A stretch of 44,680 nucleotides of DNA from Craspedostauros australis (taxonomy: Eukaryota), in assembly GCA_030167865.1 (NCBI GenBank), contig JALAGF010006591.1:1-44680 (forward strand), in the 5' to 3' direction. The stretch's first letter is position 1. Each line of letters begins with the position of its first letter. The position numbers and the translations under genes are program-made. Under the pieces are notes generated by a model. It did not search any database and had not been told where the DNA came from. It saw only the letters and a program-made list of their open reading frames with translations. Positions 19,319 through 29,267 of this stretch are shown piece after piece.

Positions 19319-21557
19319 AGTAGAATCGTACTTCTGGTAATGCTCTTGATTGTTTGACTGGTATGCCAACAACTTGACTGCTTGAGTTGTGCAGTGGCGG
19401 AGACCTGTTTTTGTGCTGGCTGTCGATTTTGTGAGGGCGAACCGCAAACTGGTATCAGATGATCAGTTTGTTGTTGGTGTGTATTCCTACTGTATCGTGT
19501 GGTATAGTATGGTACAGTATGTTATGTTGATGTTGACGGCGGTTGCAGTCGCAGTTGCTTTCCTCAGAGATTGTGAGAAACTCAAAAGACCTTGCAGCTC
19601 GTCGCCAACAATTGCAGATGCTTCGTCGTTCTTCTTAACCCTGTCTGTGATGAGGATAAGCGTTGCTGATGTTTGTGGCGCCGTTTGATGCCGTTGACGT
19701 TGTCGAGGGCGATGGATGCCGTTATGCCTCTCCGTTCCATCTGTTCAGCCCTACTCACCCCCGTACGATTAGTTCGGAGAGCCCAGTAGAGCAGAGTATA
19801 GTAGTCCTTTGAGATGGTATAGCAGTTCGTATGAGTGCGCGTGTCTGGTAATTGTATCTGCGTCCGTACGGGTAATAATTGCTCTGGGATTTGATGCTTT
19901 GTCGCTGTCTTGTTCGTTCCTTTTGGCGTCGCCTCTCTTGTGCGAGTTCCTCCTTGTTGTCCTTGTTATTGACCTTATCCGTCCTGTTGGTGTTGTCGCG
20001 CTGATCCCGTTGTATCATGTGCTTTGGACGGTATCCGTTGGGAGATGGTCGGAGAAGGATCGTGTGCTGTTGTCCGCAGCGTTGATGGCGTGAGAAGCGC
20101 GGCTCCGTCATCTCCGTCCAAGACTGTGAAACTTCGTTGGTCTTGCCTTCGTATTCCTTCCTTTGCCTCCTCTCGCTTCTCTGTTGTCTCGTTTCGCTTG
20201 TGCCGTGTTGCGTAGATCCTTTCTCGCGTTGGTTGCAGCCGTTTACACTTCGTCCACAGCCTCGGTGTGACGAGCATGATGCGCGCACCCTGGATGGCTG
20301 CAGCAACGTATGGTACCGCGCTTCACCTCACACCTTCTCTTCCATCCCTTCCACATTCCCCCTCCGACATCATGAGTGGGGATGAAACACATTCAGGTAC
20401 AAGGCATTCCAACTGTTGACGTTGGTTGATGATTTGAAAGTTCGGCGACAAAATGTGACAAGAATTCAAGGATTGCGCGTTGGGCTTTGTCACGCGTGTG
20501 ATTTTATTGAATCTTGTCGACGATTTTAGTCATCTGTAACACACGCAAACTCAACAACAACAACGACAATGAACAGCCTGCACGAGCACACTTCGCTCTG
20601 CGTTGAGAGACAGAGAATGCCCAGCAACACTGTTGCGACTGGTACACACGATCGTGGCAGAGTATCACACAGCTTTTTAGAATCACAGCCACCATGGCCC
20701 TTTCCGGCAACGCATTTTCGCTCGGCTCTACCTTTCCTTTTGTTTGAAGATGAACAAGAAAGCTCCCTTCTTGATCCGATGTCAATAAACGTTACGACCA
20801 ACAACTATCCTATCTTCGCGTTGGCATTCATTCGTGTTCCGTTTTTCGCATGTCTGACTTCAATGTCAATGTACACGTCTCTGACTCCTTCGAGTAACAA
20901 CAACATCACAATTGCATTTCTATATCTTATTTCACGTAGTTTCCAATGTTTGTCCGAAGCTGAATCAAACAGTATCTCAGTTAGTCCTTCCGCCGAATAC
21001 GACTAGACCGACCGCACAGAGAATACAACCAATGACGATGACAGAAATGGAAAGCGTCATCCAACAACCAACAACGGAATGAAATGACCAATGGCGTTTG
21101 CGCGTGTGTTTTGGTGGTCATCAATGGGCCGACGTGGTGTTGGCTGACATACGACAACGCGTAAGCCCTCCTGCGCAACTTTTACTCCGGTTTCTTTCGC
21201 GGGGTCTACCACGAATGAGAATTCGCGACAGAGGGCGAAAAGACGCAACTTCAAAAACGCAACGCAAACCACGACAACACCACAACCACCCATCACACGA
21301 CGCCAAAAGACACCCAAGACAGAACAATTTGCACACACGAGCAAAGTACGCGGTTCGGAGCAGTAAAGACTGCAGCCACAACTAGCGACATCACAGACAA
21401 GACCACGCACAACACAGAAACCAAACCCGATTTGCGTTCTGTCATTGTTTTCTTTTTGCTTCTCGTGCGAAGACCTCTCTCCTCCGCACTGTCCCATAAA
21501 ACCACAACACCCTCCTCCACAACCGTTCGGACGACCACTCAACTTACCCCCGCCACT

Positions 21558-21620
21558 TCAACGCATTCAACGCATTCAACAAGGTCAACAAATTCAACAA
21601 GGTCAACGCATTCAACACAT
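21558..21620. repeat. 9-bp tandem repeat (TCAACnnnn) x7
   Basis: TCAACGCAT, TCAACAAGG, TCAACAAAT and TCAACACAT units just upstream of the SEL1 gene ATG. Confidence 0.85.
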
Positions 21621-21632
21621 TCGGCAGTAACA

Positions 21633-22697
21633 ATGGCATCGGCAATGAGATCAACAATCACAGCGGCATCGGCCGCCAAGACATCGGCAGAGCCGCCAGC
21701 TGAAGGACGACAGTACGATCAGCCCAAGCTGGCGGCGTCATACTTCGAGACCACGAACGCTGGCGCAGGCCTCGTCGACGGCCAAGACGGCGCCACGGTC
21801 CAGCTCCCCAACGAGCTCATGTCCATGTGCCTGCTGGAGTGCGCCGATTGGGGCGACCTGGCCAAGCTGGCATGCGTCCAGTCTTCCTGGAAGGACATTG
21901 TTGACGAGGCAGCGAACACCGACCAGCAATCCAAGTGGCAGCTGGCGCAAGCCTACTTGCATGGAGACTGCGGATTGCAGCAGGATCCCGAAAAGGCGAT
22001 GCGCTACTTCCGCGAATTGAGCTGCGTGGATATGGACGAGCAGACAGGCACGTTCGCCATTCACGGCGATGGCAGCGGCGACAATAAGCCATACGCGCCT
22101 GCGATGAGACAGCTTGCGGCGCATCAATTCTCGATGTTGACAGACAACATGGAAAACCATTACGCCGACGAAACTCAAGACGAGCACGATAGCAGCAACA
22201 GCACCACCACCATCCAACAGCAAAACGAGCAGCTCTCCAAGCTGGGCACGGCGTGGTTGCAGGCCGCGCATGATCTGGGAGATGATGCCGACGCCGCGCA
22301 CGAATTGGCGCTGCATTACGAGTACGGCAAGCACCATGTGGCAGTCGACGTTGTGGCAGCCTACGAATGGTTCCAAAAGGCGGCCACCGCTGGCCACGTC
22401 GATGCCATGGCGGAGCTGGGCCTTTGCTACGAGCTGGGTTGCGGCGTGGAACAAGACGACGAGCTTGCGTTGGATTGGTACACCAAGGCTGCGAACGAGG
22501 GCAACGTCACTGCCAAATTCTCGGTCGGCGAAGCCTTCGAGGAGGCACGCGGCGTCCCGCAAAGCGACGAAGAAGCCTGCCTGTGGTACTACCGCGCTGC
22601 CATGGTGGGCGACGAGGACAGCAAGGTCGCCCTGAAGCGCCTCTACGACATTGCCCGCATCGTCGTCCCAGGCGTTGCCACTCTTCTGAATGTGTAA
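21633..22697 (+). CDS. F-box-like domain + SEL1-repeat protein (~354 aa)
   Basis: F-box-like segment LPNELMSMCLLECADWGDLAKLACVQSSWKDIV. SEL1 repeats include AAHELALHYEYG...AAYEWFQKAATAGH, AMAELGLCYELGCGVEQDDELALDWYTKAANEGN and AKFSVGEAFEEARGVPQSDEEACLWYYRAAMVGD. Confidence 0.88.
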   Translation: MASAMRSTITAASAAKTSAEPPAEGRQYDQPKLAASYFETTNAGAGLVDGQDGATVQLPNELMSMCLLECADWGDLAKLACVQSSWKDIVDEAANTDQQSKWQLAQAYLHGDCGLQQDPEKAMRYFRELSCVDMDEQTGTFAIHGDGSGDNKPYAPAMRQLAAHQFSMLTDNMENHYADETQDEHDSSNSTTTIQQQNEQLSKLGTAWLQAAHDLGDDADAAHELALHYEYGKHHVAVDVVAAYEWFQKAATAGHVDAMAELGLCYELGCGVEQDDELALDWYTKAANEGNVTAKFSVGEAFEEARGVPQSDEEACLWYYRAAMVGDEDSKVALKRLYDIARIVVPGVATLLNV

Positions 22698-23382
22698 CTG
22701 CGCAGGGAATGCGCAGCAAACAAAGCACAGTCGGCAATCGCCCCGACGATCAGCACAGCCCCGTGATGTATTGGATTATATGTAACAAGTATCATAGAAA
22801 GACGATGTGACATGTGAACACCTTGCGCAGCCACCATTCCCTTCATGTTCAGTCTGTCTTTGCAGATTGATGTGCCATGAATATGTACGTGTTGCGGGTT
22901 GCACCACAGAGATACTCTCGCCGAAAGCCAGGAAGGGGAACATCTCACGTACCATACGAGTATGAAGACACAGTGATAGTGACAAAGTGGCACCGTATTG
23001 CAGGATGTAGCTTCGACACTCTCAGTACAAAGAGTTACATTTGATCATTCCTTGCTCGAGGCTGCGTTGGGTAGGATGAGCACGACGGATCCACTGGGCT
23101 TCCTCGCAGGCCTATGGCCGACATATCCAAAGGTCGAGGTCAGGAAGAGCGCGGGTGGAGTTTGTGAGCGATGTTCAGTCGGACAACGGGAGTTGGGGTA
23201 AAATTATAAACAATTTTCTATTCTTCACGAATCTCCACTTGGAATCTTGTATTGTTGTATCGAAGTAGTCACAACCACGAGTTCGTATTGCCAACATGAG
23301 AAGGCAACAGCTGACAATAGGCGAATGTCGAACTTTGCGAAGGCTCTGCCAATCGCGACCCGGCCTTATTTGGAGAAGCGCA

Positions 23383-23473
23383 CACGTGGCACACAATGCG
23401 AAGCTCACGTGGCTCGATGGACCACAACGCGAAGTTCACGTGGCTCAATGGCCCACGTGTCAAGCACTGACGT
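23383..23473. promoter_or_regulatory. Cluster of four CACGTG (G-box/E-box) sites plus TGACGT
   Basis: CACGTG at 23383, 23406, 23437 and 23454; TGACGT at 23468. Two of the sites lie in a 31-bp-period direct repeat, about 550 bp upstream of the next gene. Confidence 0.55.
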
Positions 23474-24006
23474 GAACGCTGTTGAAGCAACATTCCCAAA
23501 ACAACACGAGCACCACTTACATCTAATCGATGACAAAGTCCAACTTCAAAGACACCAATGGCGTGTTTTCGAAGATGACGAGGCAAGGGCAAACCAGATG
23601 CAACAACAACACTGTACATCACGTTTTCCACCACAGAGCTGATTGCCGTCCGGCACTCCCATCTGTAGAGGTGGATGTAGTCCACAGTGTTGGTTCACAT
23701 TTTGGATGGATGCCGTGCGGTCGCGCAGAGCCATCAATTGCAATCCACATCCATCAACATCAACATCGCCATTGTCATTGTTCTTGTCATCCTCATCACA
23801 ATCAATTCACGCAGCGAGAATTGCGGCAACAACAAGAGCCACAACTACTACAAACGGAACAAAAGAGTGCATTGAGAAAGTCTGAATGAGACACCTTCGT
23901 CGACCCATCCGCCATTCATCCATCATTCTTCCACCCTCCAACTGCCCATTCCTTCTCCATCATCTATTCGCCTCGTACATGCGTCAACGCCGTGCCACAA
24001 GGTACT

Positions 24007-25647
24007 ATGATCAACAGTAACAACAACAGCAGCATGCCTGTCGACATCAACGATGGCGCCGATACCAGCGTCAGCTCGACAACCTCTTCTTCCTCCTCCG
24101 CCAGTGAATCGACGTACAACAAGCTGTCCGCACCGTCCTCCACGCAGGACCACCTCACAGTGGAGGACATCGCCAAGCGAATCTTGTGCTTCCCCACCCA
24201 AGCAAGGACCTCACGAGAACTCCGGGCGCTTCCCACATCCCAACGGGAGAAGGTCTGGGCGGACATGACGGGCGACCCTCTCCTCTCCAACTACGCTCCG
24301 ATGGTGGAGACGCCGGAATTCATCAGCCGATGCCTATCCAAGTTGGAAGCCGAGATCGCCGCCATCGTCGACAAACCAGCCTACGACAAGGCTTGCAAGC
24401 AAGATCCTGGCTACCTTCGTCATCCGCAATTCCGGCTGATGTTCCTTCGGGCGGACGAATACAAGATCGACGCTGCGGCCGCCAGGATGGTCCATCACTT
24501 CAATGCCAAGCTCGAGCTGTTCGGGGAGGCTGCTCTGACCAGGGACATTGACATCCACGACTTCGACGAGGATGATTTACAGTCGCTCCGGGCCGGTGGC
24601 ATTCAGATCCTACCAGACCCCGATCGAGCAGGCCGTCCCATCATCTTTACATGCAACACGTGTTTTCGATACAAGGAGCACAGCAACATGGTGAGTGCAG
24701 CATGATTGTTCGAATACTGAAGCACGTGCAGGGTACTTGGTTTGAGTACTCGACACTCTTCATCAATTTTTGTGTTTTGTACTGAGACGGGTACGTGCGA
24801 CTACGAATGGATCGCAGACCTCTGTCGCCTCACTTTTGTGTGCTACGCATGCTAACGCAATCTTCATTTGGACTGTCCTTCGTCACCATCTTGCCCAATC
24901 GATCAATTCACCGAACGCATGATTGCATCAAACATCCCAACGTACGCAGCTGCGAACCATGTGGTACACCCTCATGACAGCGATGGAACAAGAAGACGGG
25001 CAAAGACTGGGCATCGTGGACGTGTCCTACCACATCGGACAGCGACACAGCTCCTACGACTGCGAATTGAGACGGCAGCTCATCGCGATGACGAAATGCA
25101 TCCCCGTTCGTTTCGTATCAACCTACATCTGCTTCAGCTCATCCGTTTGGTTGCCGATTGCCGATCTCATATCGCACATGGTCAGTCCAACGCTCCGCAT
25201 GCGGTTAAGGACGATACATGGTACGTACGTGTGCATCATAGCATGTTATGGCATGTCATGGCATGGCATGTTATATGCGCTGCTTGTGCATTGCACCACT
25301 CTGTTACGCGTCTCCTGTGTGCACCATGTGTGCACTTTCACCTCGAGTACTGCATTACGGACACTCGCCTCACAATCTCATTCGTGTCTCCCCACTCGCC
25401 TTCATCTGTGATGCTCGCCACAGGTTCTCCGCAAGAAGTTTTGTACAGTCTCATGGCGCTGGGCATACCGAGATTGTCATTGCCGTTCGCAGACGATGGG
25501 GAGATATCGCTGGATGATCACAAGGTATGGATCGAGGAACAGCTACGAGGGGATGATTTCTTTGACGACTGCCATCCCGGAGAGTATGCATTGACCGACA
25601 GTATGGGGATGCACCTGCAAATGGATGCGAAGATGGATTGCCAATGA
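24007..25647 (+). CDS. CRAL-TRIO/Sec14-like protein of the diatom-type family, ~392 aa, 3 exons
   Basis: Exons 24007-24690, 24950-25220 and 25424-25647 join in frame (introns GTGAGT..GCAG and GTACGT..ACAG). Motifs: FRLMFLRADEYKIDAAAARMVHHF, QILPDPDRAGRPI, QRLGIVDV, RMRLRTIHG/SPQEVLYSLMALGIP. Confidence 0.82.
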
Positions 25648-26100
25648 AGGAACATCCACATCCGCATTGATTTGGGACCTGTGCTGATTCTGGTACTGCG
25701 ATCTCCAACTTCCTTTTTAATGGGCGCCATGGAACTTGAACCAATTTTGGCAAACGCCGCGCAGGTGCGGACCCTCACAGCTTGCAAATGGAGCGGAGCA
25801 CGGGGAAGGAGAGGGAAGCAAAATAACACACTGCATGTATGGCACTGAGAGAATAGAGTGCCCTAGAGAGTACATATTACGTATATCCCTTCTTTGCCGC
25901 TCCGTTACATCGTGCTGTCGCAAACGCGACTTGTAGAGAGCAGTTTGATTCGTTGGTGTTTCGTCTTCAAGTTCGCTGGCAGTGTTGCATGGTTGAACTC
26001 AGCATGGGGTAGCGCATGAGAGAGTCTTGGAGCTACTCGTATCGCATGTACGAATATGGCCATTGCTATCACACTAAGACTTGTGCGAGTATGGTACATA

Positions 26101-27201
26101 TCATTGCCCACCACCAGGCCTCCATGTCTCGTACGGCCTGCCGTGATGCACGACGTACCGGATGCCGAAATACGCATTGTCCTTTTGCCGCACTTCCTTG
26201 GAGTTGATGTACGTGCAGAGGTTCGGATTTTGGAAGCACGTGCTTTGCAGGACGGTCTGATCTTCCCCGATGAACATACCGCGCTGAATGTAACCATCGA
26301 CCGTTGCTGTGAAGGCAGCCAGGAACCGTCGCCATGTCGCCGCACGCCCTGCGATCAACGAGCCGCTGTGGATAAAGTGCTCGCTATGCTTCGTTTTGTC
26401 GAACCACACGAGATCCTTCGGTATGCGATGCGGCCTTGGTTTGTGATGCGCCATGAAGAGCATGGAGTCCTGCGGCACGGCGTCGGGGTACCGCACTAGC
26501 GTCTTGCTGTTGTACTGCGGTTCGCGGAATGATCCGATGTCCACCCACAGGAACAGATCGGAAGCAAAGTGATTGGCCCGAATGGCCTCGTTGACCCAAT
26601 ACGTCTTGCTGAGCCATATCCAGAACAGCTCGTAGGACTGATGAATGCCACTTTCCGGATCAATCTCCAGCTGATGCTTCCAGAACGCGGTTGGATCCGC
26701 AAGTTGCGCGGACGTGAGCTTCGCCGCAGGCAGCGCCCCAAGTTGCGCCGTGATGATGACCGTCCGATCGATGGCGTGCTGCCTCAGCGATCGGATCGTC
26801 GATGCGTGCTTCTCCTCCGTGAAGATGACCATGGCATCGTGCAAGCTGAGCATGTTCTTCATCCACACGGAGTACTCGTCGCTGGAATGCTTGGACGGAA
26901 TCTCAAAGTACGCCGTGACCAGCGTGGGCGGAGGCCCATTGTGTTGCGATGATGAAGCCGGATGGATCACCGCGTTCGATGCTGGATACGCAGCCGCCAC
27001 TTCCATGTCCAACGATCGGAGCATCTCGTTGGAGCTCGAGAAGACATAGGTATTCCACCACGCAGCAACGGAGATCACCAGCACGGCGCATGCTGCCAGA
27101 TACGATCGACGGCGACCTGCGCAGCGCTTGTTGTTGCTGGTGTTGGTGTGGCTGCTGAAACGGGTGGCGCCATTGTTCGTATTCGCGGAGATGACCGTCA
27201 T
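26101..27201 (-). CDS. HtrL/YibB-like putative glycosyltransferase, type II membrane protein (~366 aa)
   Basis: Basic stretch RRRS, then TM helix YLAACAVLVISVAAWW. The catalytic-like region reads TLVTAYFEI..., IWLSKTYWVNEAIRANHFASDLFLWVDIGSFR, SGSLIAG, FIGEDQTVL. Confidence 0.78.
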   Translation of the reverse strand: MTVISANTNNGATRFSSHTNTSNNKRCAGRRRSYLAACAVLVISVAAWWNTYVFSSSNEMLRSLDMEVAAAYPASNAVIHPASSSQHNGPPPTLVTAYFEIPSKHSSDEYSVWMKNMLSLHDAMVIFTEEKHASTIRSLRQHAIDRTVIITAQLGALPAAKLTSAQLADPTAFWKHQLEIDPESGIHQSYELFWIWLSKTYWVNEAIRANHFASDLFLWVDIGSFREPQYNSKTLVRYPDAVPQDSMLFMAHHKPRPHRIPKDLVWFDKTKHSEHFIHSGSLIAGRAATWRRFLAAFTATVDGYIQRGMFIGEDQTVLQSTCFQNPNLCTYINSKEVRQKDNAYFGIRYVVHHGRPYETWRPGGGQ

Positions 27202-27547
27202 GGCAACGATCGCGATGCTGCTGTTGCTGCTCTGACGATGGTCTGTATCACTCTGTCTGGCTGTTACTCTTGCTGTTGTTGCTGTTGTTGTTGGTGAGAG
27301 GGACGGCAGAAGACCATTGTCACCTCTTCCCTCTTTCGTGCGCAAGGACTTGGCGTGGTGGTTGTGTGGTCTTCGATCGTGCTTCGAAGTTTGGAGCAAT
27401 GCAATTCCAAGTCGTGCATGACTACCTCCGTTTTGGCGAAATAACAAAGCGGACGACTGTCTGGAGTCCAGGAGATAGATTGCAAAGAACAAGAGCTGCT
27501 GACCAGAGTTGCCAACGCAACCACCAGGTGGGTTGACGTTATATTGA

Positions 27548-27623
<76 letters not shown>

Positions 27624-27646
27624 GTCTATCTATCTGTCTATCTATC
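27548..27646. repeat. (TATC)n / GATA microsatellite, ~25 units
   Basis: Near-perfect run with two TGTC variant units at its right end. Confidence 0.97.
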
Positions 27647-29267
27647 GTTCTACTATTGTTTTCATTCTGTTCTATTCCATTGCTTATTGTGCAGCAGTGT
27701 GCTGAAGAGAGTGGTGGGGACTTGAAGCCGTTGCATTTATTGGATGGTGCGAATCGAATGATGTCGCCAACTGCTTGGAACCCTTTCATTTCAATCGATG
27801 TACAGACAACGCTTGCCAGGAGGAATGTAAGCCCGTAGATGATGGGACTTGCAGCCATCGGATCCCAGTTTCGCCTTTGCCGGTCTAAGTTGAACAGCTG
27901 GCTCCTTTCCACCTGCTTAGTATGAACGCGTGCTGTTTGCTTCAAATCAGCATTCCTCCGAAACTTGTCGGTTCGCAAATGGAAGCTCTCTCCTTTCGGT
28001 ATCCCTTGCTTGTGTTCCAAATCGAGCTGTTCTCCCGTGCGTCGCGAAACCCCACGCAAGCAAGGCTGGGCGCAGAAAGTGGACGCGGATTGAAAATACC
28101 TTCACTACAATGGGAGCACCGCTGTACTCCGGCGCATCCCATCGTCATATGGGCGCATGTGCTGGCTGTTGCATGGCACCTTGGAACTATCACTTCTCTG
28201 GGTGAATTGAAGGACCAACGAGTCAATTCACGTCGATGGTGCGACGCAGACATGGCGGGTCCATTCTCTTCCCTTGCCTTCTGACCTGCATTGGCTGCTT
28301 CAGCATCTGTCGTTGGATGGACGATGAAAATCCTCGATACTCTATCAAGCTCTGGAAGAACCCCCGCGGTTGGCATCATCGTCCTCTTCTTCCCCAACAC
28401 CCGGCGGCAAGAAAAGCCCCCGCTTGCCAAGGCAATCGCAGTCGCGAGGATGATTCGAGTTCGAGACGTCATGCGTTGGATTCGGCCCATCGGTGGACCG
28501 CGATGCATCGAGGCTCGTCTTGGCATCGCTGACCTGCGCTGTCTCATCCTTCGTCCTTCTCCTGCGCGGCAACGTGGCCTTGCGGCGTGGCCTTCGAGCC
28601 ATATCCGAATTTGCAGCGCCTGGCCGATTTGTGGTGACATGCTGTTCAGCACCATCTTGGTCCACATCGTCGCTGTTGTTGTCGCAAAATCGTTTCGTGA
28701 CTCCGTTTCACATGACTCAGGCATGTCTGTACTGCGACCGTCCACTATGCAAAAGAAACGCAACAAGCGCAACCCGAAAAAGGAATGACCATGGCCATCT
28801 GCCGTTGATCTTCACCGACCAACGCGCCAAGCACGACTACGAGCAGAAGCGGAGGGGGACGATCTATTCTCCATCCCCAACCACAATTCTCCGGCATGGC
28901 AACGGATGCCATCGCTTGCCAAGTGCTCATCTCAGATACTCTCGTCGAATAGAACAGAGTGGAGCAGCAGAGAGAACGCCGATTAACTCGCTGCTTTCCA
29001 CCAGAAGACCGACGCAGAACGTGTCCGAAGGCAGCGACGATCGTTGGACGCACAAACTCCCGAAGTTGTTGTGCACAAACGATCAGCACCGCGAACGGTC
29101 GTTGTCGTACGATCTCAACAACCACTGCACTGTGCGCTGCCTTTCACATTGTCGCAGTGGGCATCGTCACCAGCGCTTCCAAGCCGATAAGACTCATACT
29201 CGGACAGGGGCAAAGACAAACAGAGAGACAAGCACACAGAGACAATTGCAAGCACAAAGGCGTGACC

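Noticed and set aside
19755..21400. ORFs in the divergent intergenic region
   Set aside because: Low-complexity leader-like composition, no coding bias and no motifs.
21558..21620. Short-unit arrays (also 4855, 16620 and 40122) as CRISPR-like arrays
   Set aside because: They are head-to-tail minisatellites without unique spacers, in a eukaryotic context with no cas genes.
27650..28790. Minus-strand ORFs (276, 149 and 106 aa) as a gene or pseudogene
   Set aside because: Parts look protein-like (GEEEDDDAN), but I could not build a consistent frame, splice model or domain.
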